A stretch of DNA of 32,000 bases from NCBI RefSeq assembly GCF_902713755.1, contig NZ_LR744089.1. One strand, written 5' to 3'. Shown here piece after piece: positions 20,598 to 30,250 of this stretch. A program made the position numbers and the translations under genes. Numbering within the stretch: the stretch's first letter is position 1; the number at the start of each line of letters is the position of its first letter. A model generated the notes under the pieces. That model worked only from the letters and a program-made list of their open reading frames with translations. It did no database searches and was not told where the DNA came from. This stretch comes from Candidatus Saccharimonadota bacterium. GTDB taxonomy: Bacteria > Pseudomonadota > Gammaproteobacteria > Johnevansiales > Johnevansiaceae.

Positions 20598-22421
20598 TTA
20601 TAACATATTTCTTATAGCACCTGTATCAGCAGATGTGGCAAAATATGAATACCATTTTAACGTTTTAGTTATTTTTCTATTACGTTTAGTTATTTGGTTC
20701 CATTTGTTTTTATATTTTTTATTCATTTTTTTTCTACGATTCCGTAATATTTTTTTATTAATTAATACATTTATATATCTTTCTTTTATATTTATACTTA
20801 TTAAATCATTATCTTCAATTAAAGCTATATTACCATATTCTGCTGCTTCAGGAGATATATGTCCAATTGATAACCCTGATGTACCACCCGAAAATCTTCC
20901 ATCCGTTAATAAAGCACAATATTTATCTAATTTTTTATATTTTAAATAAGAGGTAGGATATAACATTTCTTGCATGCCAGGACCCCCTTTAGGGCCTTCA
21001 AAACATATAATTAAAATGTCCCCTTTTTTTATTTTATTCTTTAATATTTGTTTTACGGCTTTTTCTTGCGAATATACAACTTTAGCCCTACCTTTAAATG
21101 TTAAATTTTTTTTATATACTCCTGCTGTTTTCACTACACATCCTTTTTCTGCTATATTACCAAATAATATCGCTAACCCTCCATCTTTAGAATAACAATT
21201 GTTTATATTACGTATACAACCGTTTTTTCTATCTTTATCTAATACAGTCCATTGATTATTCTGATAAAACGCTTTTTTTGTTATTATACGACCCGGAGCT
21301 GCTTTATAAAAATTTAATATTTTTTTTTCATTAGAATACATAATATCCCATTTATATAAAGCTTTTTCTAATGTTTTACTATGTATTGTTGATACCTTTA
21401 TATTTATTAAATTTAATTTATTTAATTCTCCTAACAACCCAAACACACCTCCTGCCCTATGAAAATCTTCAATATAATATTTATTTGTATTTGGCGATAA
21501 TTTACATAATTGAGGCACCTTTCTTGATAAAATATCTATAGTTTTTAATTTAAATTTTATATTTGCTTCTTTAGCTATAGCTAATAAATGAAGTATTGTA
21601 TTAGTTGACCCTCCCATCGCTATATCCATTATCATAGCATTTTCAAACGATTCTTTTACACAAATATCACGAGGTAAAAAATTTTTGTTCTTGTTATAAT
21701 ATTCTTTAGTAATTTCTACAATTCTTTTTCCTACTTTATTAAATAATACTTTTCTCTTTATATGAGTCGCTAACAATGTCCCATTACCTGGAAATGTTAA
21801 TCCTAAAACTTCTAACAAACAATTCATAGAATTTGCTGTAAACATACCTGAACAACTGCCACACGTAGGGCATGCATTTTTTTCTATTTCTAATATTTTT
21901 TTTTTCTTATTATTTTTTGATCCACTTATTATTATTGCATCAACTAAATTTATATTTTTTTTATCTAACCTACCTGCTTCCATTGCACCCCCTGAAACAA
22001 AAATTGTAGGTACATTTAATCTAAAACAAGCTAATAACATACCCGGAGTAATTTTATCACAATTAGAAATACACACTAAAGCATCTGCGCAATGTGCATT
22101 AACCATATATTCTATTGAATCCGCTATAAGCTCTCTTGAAGGCAAAGAATACAACATACCGCTATGTCCCATAGCGATGCCATCATCTATCGCAATAGTA
22201 TTAAACAATTTTGCATTAGCACCATTTTTTTTTATTGATTTTTTTATAATCTTTCCTACCTTATCTAAATTTATATGTCCTGGCACAAAATCTGTATAAG
22301 AATTTGCTATAGCAATTATTGGTTTATAAAAATCATTATCTTTCATTCCTGTAGCACGCCATAAAGCTCGTGCTCCAACCATATTTTTATTTGTCGTGGT
22401 ATACGATCTATAATTTTTCAT
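20598..22421 (-). CDS. ilvD: dihydroxy-acid dehydratase
   Basis: 607 aa. [67 protein letters not shown] and [21 protein letters not shown]. Confidence 0.97.
   Translation of the reverse strand: MKNYRSYTTTNKNMVGARALWRATGMKDNDFYKPIIAIANSYTDFVPGHINLDKVGKIIKKSIKKNGANAKLFNTIAIDDGIAMGHSGMLYSLPSRELIADSIEYMVNAHCADALVCISNCDKITPGMLLACFRLNVPTIFVSGGAMEAGRLDKKNINLVDAIIISGSKNNKKKKILEIEKNACPTCGSCSGMFTANSMNCLLEVLGLTFPGNGTLLATHIKRKVLFNKVGKRIVEITKEYYNKNKNFLPRDICVKESFENAMIMDIAMGGSTNTILHLLAIAKEANIKFKLKTIDILSRKVPQLCKLSPNTNKYYIEDFHRAGGVFGLLGELNKLNLINIKVSTIHSKTLEKALYKWDIMYSNEKKILNFYKAAPGRIITKKAFYQNNQWTVLDKDRKNGCIRNINNCYSKDGGLAILFGNIAEKGCVVKTAGVYKKNLTFKGRAKVVYSQEKAVKQILKNKIKKGDILIICFEGPKGGPGMQEMLYPTSYLKYKKLDKYCALLTDGRFSGGTSGLSIGHISPEAAEYGNIALIEDNDLISINIKERYINVLINKKILRNRRKKMNKKYKNKWNQITKRNRKITKTLKWYSYFATSADTGAIRNML
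21882..21933 (-). repeat. 52-bp cassette, copy in ilvD
   Basis: Direct repeat of 214-265, in the same orientation and the same reading frame. It encodes [17 protein letters not shown]. Confidence 0.9.
22153..22174. repeat. 22-bp exact repeat, copy inside ilvD (AMGHSGM codons)
   Basis: Same 22-mer as 9339-9360, in direct orientation. Confidence 0.9.
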
Positions 22422-22451
22422 ATTTTTACCTACATAATCATATTAAATATG

Positions 22452-24770
22452 TTAAAAAACTATTTTTGCAACATCTTTATAATCTTTAACAAAATGAATT
22501 TTTATATTTTTTTTTAAATAATTTGGTAAATTTTCAAAATCACTTTTATTACCTACCGGTAATAAAATTTCAAATATTTCACTTCTTCTAGCTGCTACTA
22601 TTTTTTCTCTTATTCCTCCTACTGATAATACTTGACCTGTTAACGTAATTTCTCCGGTCATTGCTAACATTCTTTTTATACTTTGTAATTTAGCTAATGA
22701 TATTAAAGCTGTTGTCATTGTTATTCCTGCGGATGGCCCATCTTTCTGTACTGATCCTTCTGGTACATGTAAATGTATAAAATACTTATTAAAAAATTTT
22801 TTATTTATATTATAATATTTTATATTCGATAATGTATAACTATAAGCTATATTTGCTGACTCTTTCATTACACTACCTAATTTTCCTGTCAATTTTAATC
22901 CATTTTTTAAATTATTTATTTTAACAGCTTCTATTGGTAAAGTCACACCACCTAGAGCCGTCCATGCTAATCCTGTTACTACACCTATACCTTTTAATAA
23001 TTTTTCTTTTTTAAAAATAGGTATACCTAAATAATTTTTTAAATTATTTATTGAAATTTTTATCACTTTATTTTTATTTATTAATAATTTCACTACTGAT
23101 TTACGAATAATACGATGTAATTGTTTTTCTAAATTTCTTACTCCTGATTCTCTAGCATATCCTTCTATAACTTGTTTTAATGCTGTCGATGTAATTTTTA
23201 TACTATTTTTAGGTAAATTATCTTTTTTTAATAATCTAGGCCATAAATATTTAAAAGCTATATTATATTTTTCTTCAGATATATAACCATATAATCTAAT
23301 CACTTCCATTCTATCATATAAAGGTATAGGAATTGTATCTATTTGATTTGCTGTACATATAAATAATACTTTAGATAAATCTACCTTTATATCTAAATAA
23401 TTATCAAAAAATTCATTGTTTTGTTCAGAATCTAACACCTCCAACAAAGCAGACGCTGGATCATTATTATATGTTTGACTAATTTTATCTATTTCATCTA
23501 ACATAATTACAGGGTTTAAGACTTGAGTATCTTTTAATGCTTGAACAATTTTTCCTGGCATTGAACTTACATATGTTCTACGATGCCCTTTTATTTCAGC
23601 TTCATCACGTATACCACCTAACGATATTCTATAAAATTTTCTTCCTAAAGCATTAGCTATAGATTTACCTATAGATGTTTTTCCCACACCTGGTGGACCT
23701 ATTAATAATAATATTGAACCTCCTACAGTACCTTTAAATGTACATTCAGCTAAAAATTCTATAATCCTTTCTTTTATATCATTTATACCATCATGATTTT
23801 TATTTAATATTTTTCGGGCATAATTTATATCTATTATATCTTTCGATACAATTCCCCAAGGAATTTTTGTTAACCAATCTAAATAATTACGAGTAGTACT
23901 ATATTCAGGTGATCCTATTTCTAATATTTTTAATTTATTTAATTCTTCGTTTATTTTTTTTTTTACTTTTTTTGATAAAACATATTTTGTTATACGTAAT
24001 TTAAAATTTTTTATATCTTTTTTTCTTTCATCTTTTTTTATATCTAATTCTTTTTGTATAATTTTTAATTGTTCTCTTAAAAAAAATTCTCTTTGTCTCT
24101 GATGTATTTGCAAATTTACTTTTTGTGATATTTCACTATATATTTTCGATATTTCTATTTCTTTTCTTAACATAGGTAACACTAATTGCATACGATTTAA
24201 AATTGATAATGTTTCTAAAATTCTTTGCAATTCTTTACCTTTATTTGATGTTATTGCCGCTGCAAAATCAGTTAATGGACCTGGATCACTTGGACTAAAT
24301 CTATTTAAATATTTTTTTAATTCTTCACCATATAAAGGATTAGTTGGTAATAATTCTTTTATTCCTTTTATTATCGCTATAGCATACGCACGTGTCTCAT
24401 TAGATTCTTTATTTATAATTTCTTTAGGATATATAACTTCTACAAAAAAAGGAGGGTTTTTCGATATCCAATTTATAATTTTAAATCGTCTTAAACCTTG
24501 AGCTATCAATTGAATTTGATCACCCTCAGTACGATGCACTTTAACTATCGTTCCCATTACAGGAAATTCTTTTGTCTTTGGAATTTCTTTATTATTATTT
24601 CCAACATAAATTAATCCTAAACAACTATGTTTAGTATTCCCCACTCTTTTTATAGTTTCAATCCATCTATTTTTATTTATTACTAATGGTTGTATTTGAG
24701 CAGGAAAAAACGGCCTATTATTTATAGGAAGTAAATAAATACTTTCTGGAAACAAATGATTTATAGACAC
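22452..24770 (-). CDS. lon: ATP-dependent Lon protease
   Basis: N-terminal LON domain (LLPINNRPFFP), Walker A GPPGVGKTS, Walker B MLDEIDK and the protease active-site context KDGPSAGITM. GTG start at 24770 with AAGGA upstream. Confidence 0.97.
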   Translation of the reverse strand: MSINHLFPESIYLLPINNRPFFPAQIQPLVINKNRWIETIKRVGNTKHSCLGLIYVGNNNKEIPKTKEFPVMGTIVKVHRTEGDQIQLIAQGLRRFKIINWISKNPPFFVEVIYPKEIINKESNETRAYAIAIIKGIKELLPTNPLYGEELKKYLNRFSPSDPGPLTDFAAAITSNKGKELQRILETLSILNRMQLVLPMLRKEIEISKIYSEISQKVNLQIHQRQREFFLREQLKIIQKELDIKKDERKKDIKNFKLRITKYVLSKKVKKKINEELNKLKILEIGSPEYSTTRNYLDWLTKIPWGIVSKDIIDINYARKILNKNHDGINDIKERIIEFLAECTFKGTVGGSILLLIGPPGVGKTSIGKSIANALGRKFYRISLGGIRDEAEIKGHRRTYVSSMPGKIVQALKDTQVLNPVIMLDEIDKISQTYNNDPASALLEVLDSEQNNEFFDNYLDIKVDLSKVLFICTANQIDTIPIPLYDRMEVIRLYGYISEEKYNIAFKYLWPRLLKKDNLPKNSIKITSTALKQVIEGYARESGVRNLEKQLHRIIRKSVVKLLINKNKVIKISINNLKNYLGIPIFKKEKLLKGIGVVTGLAWTALGGVTLPIEAVKINNLKNGLKLTGKLGSVMKESANIAYSYTLSNIKYYNINKKFFNKYFIHLHVPEGSVQKDGPSAGITMTTALISLAKLQSIKRMLAMTGEITLTGQVLSVGGIREKIVAARRSEIFEILLPVGNKSDFENLPNYLKKNIKIHFVKDYKDVAKIVF

Positions 24771-24852
24771 TATCTTTTGTCCTTTCTATTTATATTTTGT
24801 ATTTATTAATAAACTTATCACTTATTTTATTTTCTATTATTTTTTTGTACTT

Positions 24853-24875
24853 ATCAATATTTTTTTAATATTGAT
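24853..24875. repeat. perfect 9-bp inverted repeat ATCAATATT-TTTTT-AATATTGAT followed by T8
   Basis: Read directly from the lon/hisS divergent spacer. The arms are 24853-24861 and 24867-24875. Each arm carries a TTGAT(A/T) -35-like hexamer pointing outward. Confidence 0.6.
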
Positions 24876-24900
24876 TTTTTTTTATAAAATTTAATATAAT
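24871..24900 (+). promoter_or_regulatory. candidate sigma70-like promoter for hisS-der (TTGATT, 18 nt, TATAAT)
   Basis: TTGATT at 24871-24876 and TATAAT at 24895-24900, 44 nt upstream of the hisS ATG. Hexamer matches have low specificity in sequence this A+T-rich. Confidence 0.25.
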
Positions 24901-24943
24901 ATATAATGATCTTAATATTTTTAACATTAATGACTATATTTTT

Positions 24944-26248
24944 ATGATTAAAATCACTTCTCTTAAAGGTATGAAAGATATTTTACCTAAAAAATCTTTT
25001 ATTTGGCAATACATAGAAAATAAAATAAAAATGATTTTATATAAATATTTTTATTTAGAAATTAGAACACCTATTATTGAAAAAACACATTTATTTAATA
25101 TTTCTTTAGGACAAACTACAGATATAATAAAAAAAGAAATGTATACTTTTTATGATAAAAATCATATTTCTTTAACCTTAAGACCTGAAAACACTACTTC
25201 TATAATCAGATCTATATTAGAAAATCATATTAAAAATAAAGCACAAAAACTATGGTATGTAGGCCCAATGTTTCGATATGAAAATCCTCAACATGGTAGA
25301 TATAGACAATTTCATCAATTTGGAGTAGAAACTTTTAACATGTATGGTCCTGATATTGATTCAGAAATAATTCTAATCACTAATAGAATTTTTAAAGTAT
25401 TAGGTATACAAAAATATTTACATTTAGAATTAAATTCTTTAGGATCAAAAACATCCAGAATATTATATTCTAATATATTATTTAAATATTTTAAAAAATT
25501 TAAAAACTATTTAGATACTAATCTAATATATAAATTATATAAAAATCCTTTAAGATTATTAGACAATAAACTAAATAATATCAAATATATATTAATACAT
25601 ACTCCTAAAATATTAGATTTTATTGATATAAAATCTAGTCAACACTTTGAATATTTAAAAAATATTTTAAATTACACCAATATCAAATACAAAATCAATA
25701 AAAACTTAGTACGAGGTTTAGATTATTATTCGAGAACTGTTTTTGAATGGAAAACTAAATTTTTAGGTAGTCAAAATACTATATGTGCTGGGGGTAGATA
25801 TGATTATTTAATAAAATACTTTCATGGTAAAAAAACTCCAGCTATAGGTTGTGCAATAGGTTTAGAAAGAATAATATTATTATTAGAAAAAATAAACAAT
25901 TTACCAACCAATATTAAAATTCAAAGTCATATTTTATTTATTACACTTTCAAACGAAAAAAAAATTATAATTAAATCAATAAAACTGTTAGAAACTATTC
26001 GTAATGAATTACCTAATTTAATTATACAAATCACTTATTGTAATACATCTTTAAAAAAACAATTATATAAAGCAAATAAAAACAACATACATATTATTTT
26101 ACTTTATGGACATAATGAATTTCAAAATAAGAAATTTTCTATAAAAGATTTATATAATAACACACAAAAATTATTAGCTTTCAAACCTTTAATAAAAAAT
26201 TTAAAATTAATATTTTATTATGAATCAAATTATTTCAATTATTGGTAA
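24944..26248 (+). CDS. hisS: histidine--tRNA ligase
   Basis: Class II motifs: LRPENTTSIIR, YVGPMFRYENPQHGRYRQFHQFGVE, AGGRYD and AIGCAIGLERI. 434 aa. Confidence 0.92.
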   Translation: MIKITSLKGMKDILPKKSFIWQYIENKIKMILYKYFYLEIRTPIIEKTHLFNISLGQTTDIIKKEMYTFYDKNHISLTLRPENTTSIIRSILENHIKNKAQKLWYVGPMFRYENPQHGRYRQFHQFGVETFNMYGPDIDSEIILITNRIFKVLGIQKYLHLELNSLGSKTSRILYSNILFKYFKKFKNYLDTNLIYKLYKNPLRLLDNKLNNIKYILIHTPKILDFIDIKSSQHFEYLKNILNYTNIKYKINKNLVRGLDYYSRTVFEWKTKFLGSQNTICAGGRYDYLIKYFHGKKTPAIGCAIGLERIILLLEKINNLPTNIKIQSHILFITLSNEKKIIIKSIKLLETIRNELPNLIIQITYCNTSLKKQLYKANKNNIHIILLYGHNEFQNKKFSIKDLYNNTQKLLAFKPLIKNLKLIFYYESNYFNYW

Positions 26249-27509
26249 AACCAATGTAGGCAAATCTACATTATTTAATTGTTTAACCAAAACAAAATAT
26301 TCTATAACAAACAATATTCCTTTTTTTACAAGAGATAGAAAATATGGATTTTTACAAATAAACAATAACAAATTCACTTTAATCGATACAGCAGCTATTT
26401 CCAATAATTTTTTTTATTATAAAGAAAAAAATATAACATATTATATTAATAAACAAACTAAAATAGCTATTCAAGAATCACATATCATTTTATTTTTAAT
26501 AACATCTTATACTCAATTAGATTCTTTTTATAAAAAATTTATCAAATTTTTACAACAAAAAAATAAAACCATTATATTTATTATAAATAAAATTGATTAT
26601 ATCATTAATTTTTCTTTTAAAAAGTTCTTTAATTTTTATAAACCAATTTTTATATCTGCTTTACACAAGATCAATATCAAACAATTATTAAATAACATAA
26701 AAGTTCATTTATCTAAAAATAAAAACCATATTCATAATAATAATTATGAGTATACTAAAATATGTCTAATAGGAAAAACTAACGTTGGCAAATCTACATT
26801 AATTAATAGCTTATTAAAAGAAACTCGTTTAATTATTAATCATCGTCCTGGAACCACTAGAGAAAATATAACAATAAAACTCCTTTATAAAAATCATTTA
26901 TTTATTTTAACTGATACAAAAGGAATAACTCAAAATATAAAACAACATAAATTTTTATTTAATTTCATACAACACCATGATATTATTTTTTTTATTATAG
27001 ATGCCACTATGGGTTTTTTTGAACAAGATATATTTCTTTTAAAAAAAATTTTTTTCTTAGGAAAACATTTATTTTTAATTATCAATAAATGCGATGCAAT
27101 CAATAATAAACAAAAACTATTTCTCAAACAAACTTTACATCTAAAATTATATCAATACATAAAATTTTTAACTATACATTTTATTTCTGCTTTATATTTT
27201 TATAATTTAAAAACCCTATTTAATTCTATAGACTTTTTTTTATATTTAAAATCCAAAAGTTGGTCAATACATTTTTTAACCAAATTAATTAATTTAGCCA
27301 TTAAAAAAAAACCCCTTTTTAAAAAAAAACATATTTTAAAATTTTTATTAGCAAAACAAATTAATATTAATCCTATTATTATTATTATTTTTGGTCAAAA
27401 ACAAATCAATTTTTTACCAAATCATTATAAAAAATATTTATTTAATTTTCTTGTACAAAACTTAAATATAAAAAATATTTTTTTACAACTTCATTTTTTT
27501 AATAATTAA
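26220..27509 (+). CDS. der: ribosome-associated GTPase Der (EngA)
   Basis: Two tandem GTPase domains (GKTNVGKSTLFN..DTAA..NKID and GKTNVGKSTLIN..DTKG..NKCD) plus a C-terminal KH-like tail. The start overlaps the hisS end by 29 nt. Confidence 0.9.
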   Translation: MNQIISIIGKTNVGKSTLFNCLTKTKYSITNNIPFFTRDRKYGFLQINNNKFTLIDTAAISNNFFYYKEKNITYYINKQTKIAIQESHIILFLITSYTQLDSFYKKFIKFLQQKNKTIIFIINKIDYIINFSFKKFFNFYKPIFISALHKINIKQLLNNIKVHLSKNKNHIHNNNYEYTKICLIGKTNVGKSTLINSLLKETRLIINHRPGTTRENITIKLLYKNHLFILTDTKGITQNIKQHKFLFNFIQHHDIIFFIIDATMGFFEQDIFLLKKIFFLGKHLFLIINKCDAINNKQKLFLKQTLHLKLYQYIKFLTIHFISALYFYNLKTLFNSIDFFLYLKSKSWSIHFLTKLINLAIKKKPLFKKKHILKFLLAKQININPIIIIIFGQKQINFLPNHYKKYLFNFLVQNLNIKNIFLQLHFFNN

Positions 27510-27512
27510 TTA

Positions 27513-27586
27513 CACGCCTGAGAGGATTCGAACCTCCAACTTTTTGATTCGTAATCAAATACTCTATCCAATTGAGTTACAGGCGC
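27513..27586 (-). tRNA. tRNA-Arg (anticodon ACG)
   Basis: Reverse complement is GCGCCTG-TA-ACTC-AATTGGATA-GAGT-A-TTTGA-TTACGAA-TCAAA-..-GGAGG-TTCGAAT-CCTCT-CAGGCGT-G. Confidence 0.88.
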
Positions 27587-27596
27587 TTTATTAATT

Positions 27597-27682
27597 TGGA
27601 GAGAGAGGGTTTCGAACCCTCGATAGATTTTTTCTATACTCCCTTAGCAGGGGAGTGCCTTCAACCACTCGGCCACCTCTCC
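27597..27682 (-). tRNA. tRNA-Ser (anticodon GCU)
   Basis: Reverse complement starts GGAGAGG-TG-GCCGAGTGGTTGAAGGC. Anticodon stem CTCCC/GGGAG with loop CTGCTAA. Long variable arm, T-arm GAGGG-TTCGAAA-CCCTC, acceptor TCTCTCC plus A. The 5' end abuts the lysC stop codon. Confidence 0.88.
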
Positions 27683-28957
27683 TTATATTTCTTCTTTTAT
27701 ATATTTTTTATCTAATTTAAAAGCTGTATGTAATACCTTTATTGCTAACTCCATATATTTTTCATCAATCATTATAGACATTTTTATTTCTGATGTAGAC
27801 ACTAATATAATATTTATACCGTTTTTTTCTAAATTATACATCAGTTTATTTGCTATGCATGAATGTGATTTTATTCCAACTCCAACAATTGAAATTTTAA
27901 CAATTTTATCATCACCTTCTATTTGTCCACCTAATTTATTACACACATATTCTTTTATCAAATTATACATTGTTTTATAATCATCTTTTGATACAGTAAA
28001 CGTTACATCAACTTGATTATTGATGTTTTTTATATTTTGAATACAACTATCTATATTATATTCTGATATTTTTTTTAAAATTTTATAACATACCCCGGGT
28101 AATACATCGTAAACAGAAACAGTTATTTTCGCCTCATTACAATTATATGTTATTCCTGAAATTAACGGTTTTTCCATATTTTTTTCTAAAATAGACCTCT
28201 TTTTTATTATTAATGTACCTGGATTATTATCAAAAACAGATAACACTCTTACGGGTATATTATATTTTCCTGCAAACTCCACAGAACGGATTTGTAATAC
28301 TTTTGATCCTAAACTAGACAATTCTAACATTTCCTCAACAGTAATATATGATATTAAACTGGATTTATTGCATAGTCTAGGATCTGTTGTATAAACGCCA
28401 GATACATCTGTATATATTTGACATTCATCTGCTTTAATAGATGTAGCTAATGCTAATGCTGTTGTATCTGACCCACCTCTTCCTAGAGTAGTTATATTTC
28501 CATATTTATCTATTCCTTGAAAACCCGCCACTACCACAATAATATTATTATTTATATCTTTATTTATTATTGAAGTATCTATATGTTGTATACGAGCTTT
28601 TGTATACACACTATCTGTAAATATAGATAATTGTGCTCCTGTATAAGATTTTGATTTAACACCAACTTTATTTAAAGCCATCGATAATAAAGACATAGTT
28701 ACTTGTTCACCAGTTGATATCAAAATATCTAACTCTCTATTATTATAAATATTATTTACTTTTTTTTCATTATACATTTTTTTAGCTAAACATAATAATC
28801 TATTGGTTTCTCCACTCATAGCGGATACTACAACAATTATTTTATGATTTTTTTTATAAAATAATTTGATTTGTTTAGCAATATTTTTTATATTTTTTAT
28901 TGACCCTACTGATGTCCCCCCAAATTTTTGTACAATAATTCCCATTCTTATCCTCAT
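27683..28957 (-). CDS. lysC: aspartate kinase
   Basis: IVQKFGGTSVG, VVSAMSGETN, TTLGRGGSDTTA, YTDVSGVYTTDPR and two C-terminal ACT domains. There are two candidate starts. ATG 28957 overlaps the alaS TGA as ATGA. ATG 28945 (MGIIVQKFGG) is preceded by GAGGA. Confidence 0.93.
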   Translation of the reverse strand: MRIRMGIIVQKFGGTSVGSIKNIKNIAKQIKLFYKKNHKIIVVVSAMSGETNRLLCLAKKMYNEKKVNNIYNNRELDILISTGEQVTMSLLSMALNKVGVKSKSYTGAQLSIFTDSVYTKARIQHIDTSIINKDINNNIIVVVAGFQGIDKYGNITTLGRGGSDTTALALATSIKADECQIYTDVSGVYTTDPRLCNKSSLISYITVEEMLELSSLGSKVLQIRSVEFAGKYNIPVRVLSVFDNNPGTLIIKKRSILEKNMEKPLISGITYNCNEAKITVSVYDVLPGVCYKILKKISEYNIDSCIQNIKNINNQVDVTFTVSKDDYKTMYNLIKEYVCNKLGGQIEGDDKIVKISIVGVGIKSHSCIANKLMYNLEKNGINIILVSTSEIKMSIMIDEKYMELAIKVLHTAFKLDKKYIKEEI

Positions 28958-30180
28958 TTTTTTAAAATATTTTTTATTTTATTTTTTATTTTTTTAATAT
29001 ATAATATACTACTAGTTTTTATATACGAAAACTCATTATTGTTATTATAAATAATATTTTGATTTGTTTTTAAAATTACACTATATTGAATGATATTTAA
29101 ACAATCTTTAGTTATTTTAATAACTACATATATAGAATTATTCTTAATATAATATAAAATTAATATACTTTTATTTAGTATAAAATTTAGTATTTTATTT
29201 AGTATTAAAAATAAATCTTTTTTATACTCAATTTTTATGTTTTTTATTAAAATTTTATATTCAAATAAATAAAACATTTGATTTAATAACTTTTTTATTA
29301 ATTGTTTTATCTTTATTTTTTTTAACCTTTTTAAATTATCAATATATATTTTTTGTTTATTTATAATATTTAATATATTCTTTTCTATATTTTTTATATT
29401 TTGTTTAATGTTATAAGATATATTTTTAACAATTAAATTATTTTTGAAGATATAATGTATAGCTTTTTTATTAGTTAATGCCTCAATACGACGTATTCCT
29501 TTAGATACACTTCTTTCTGAAACAATACAAAAATTAACAATATTTTTTGTATTGTTGATATGAGTTCCATTACAAAATTCTATTGAATAACTACCCTCTT
29601 TTCCAATACATACTAACTGTATATTTTTTTTGTCTTGTCTTGATAATTTTTTTATAGAAATTATATTTTGTTTTATAATTTCATTGTTCATTAATTGTTC
29701 AATAATAAATAATTGTTCATTTGAAATTTTTTTATAATAATTAAAATCAAAGGTTATTTTTTTTTCATTAATTAAAAATCCTTTTTTCACAATATTTAAT
29801 ACTCTTTTTAACGTTTCATTTAATAAATGTATTGCAGAATGATTTATACTTATTTTATAACGAAACACTTTATCTATATAAATATTTACATTAGTATCAC
29901 TCAATAAATAACCTTTTAATAATCTTCCGATATGCATATATAAATTTTTATACTTTTTTACCTGATATACTTTAAATTTTCCTATATCATTATATATATA
30001 TCCAATATCACTAATTTGTCCACAAGATTCAAAAACAAATGATGTTGTTTTTAAAATAATAATTCCTTCTATATTTTCTTTTATAACTTGTATTTTTTTA
30101 CCTTTTTTATTACAAATTTGTATTATATTACTTTTAATGTTTTTTTTCCTTTCTTGTATATATTTAATAACCTCTATTCT
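28954..30180 (-). CDS. alaS: alanine--tRNA ligase, C-terminal half only (beta-barrel, editing and degenerate C-terminal domains); truncated gene or stand-alone editing protein
   Basis: The frame is open for 408 codons, from the TAA at 30181-30183 to the TGA at 28954-28956. The first ATG is at 29937 (the 327-aa track ORF). Upstream of it, TSFVFESCGQISDIGYI matches TPFYAESGGQxGDxG. Downstream lie HSAIHLL (HxxxH), FCNGTH (CxxxH) and GIRRIEALT. No class II catalytic domain is present. Confidence 0.8.
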   Translation of the reverse strand, partial: RIEVIKYIQERKKNIKSNIIQICNKKGKKIQVIKENIEGIIILKTTSFVFESCGQISDIGYIYNDIGKFKVYQVKKYKNLYMHIGRLLKGYLLSDTNVNIYIDKVFRYKISINHSAIHLLNETLKRVLNIVKKGFLINEKKITFDFNYYKKISNEQLFIIEQLMNNEIIKQNIISIKKLSRQDKKNIQLVCIGKEGSYSIEFCNGTHINNTKNIVNFCIVSERSVSKGIRRIEALTNKKAIHYIFKNNLIVKNISYNIKQNIKNIEKNILNIINKQKIYIDNLKRLKKIKIKQLIKKLLNQMFYLFEYKILIKNIKIEYKKDLFLILNKILNFILNKSILILYYIKNNSIYVVIKITKDCLNIIQYSVILKTNQNIIYNNNNEFSYIKTSSILYIKKIKNKIKNILKK

Positions 30181-30203
30181 TTACTATAACTATAATTTAT
30201 ACT

Positions 30204-30250
30204 ATAATTTATATAATACAACTTATGAAAAATAATTTATATAATACAAC
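30204..30250 (+). repeat. 19-bp direct repeat (ataatttatataatacaac) flanking the mutS start codon, period 28 bp
   Basis: Copies lie at 30204-30222 and 30232-30250, separated by ttatgaaaa, which contains the ATG. A further tandem tataatttata x2 lies at 30191-30213. Confidence 0.85.

Noticed and set aside
24853-24883. Interpreting the hairpin plus T8 as a rho-independent terminator.
   Set aside because: No gene is transcribed toward it on the strand where the T-run follows the stem. The stem also has only one G:C pair. It is kept as a regulatory candidate in the findings instead.
24906-24947. A 13-codon upstream ORF (MILIFLTLMTIFL) whose TGA overlaps the hisS ATG. Considered as a possible leader peptide or attenuator.
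   Set aside because: It has no His codons and no alternative hairpins. Short open frames of this size are expected by chance in an A+T-rich spacer. I cannot support it.
26259-26273. The 15-nt exact repeat ggcaaatctacatta at 26259-26273 and 26787-26801.
   Set aside because: Both copies encode the G-K-S-T-L P-loop of the two paralogous GTPase domains of Der. Domain duplication plus strong codon bias explains the identity.
28175-28177. An in-frame internal ATG in lysC (..EKN-M-EKPLISGITY..) at the position where some aspartokinases start a separate beta subunit.
   Set aside because: There is no Shine-Dalgarno-like sequence within a usable distance. AGAGG is about 18 nt upstream. The position alone is not evidence.
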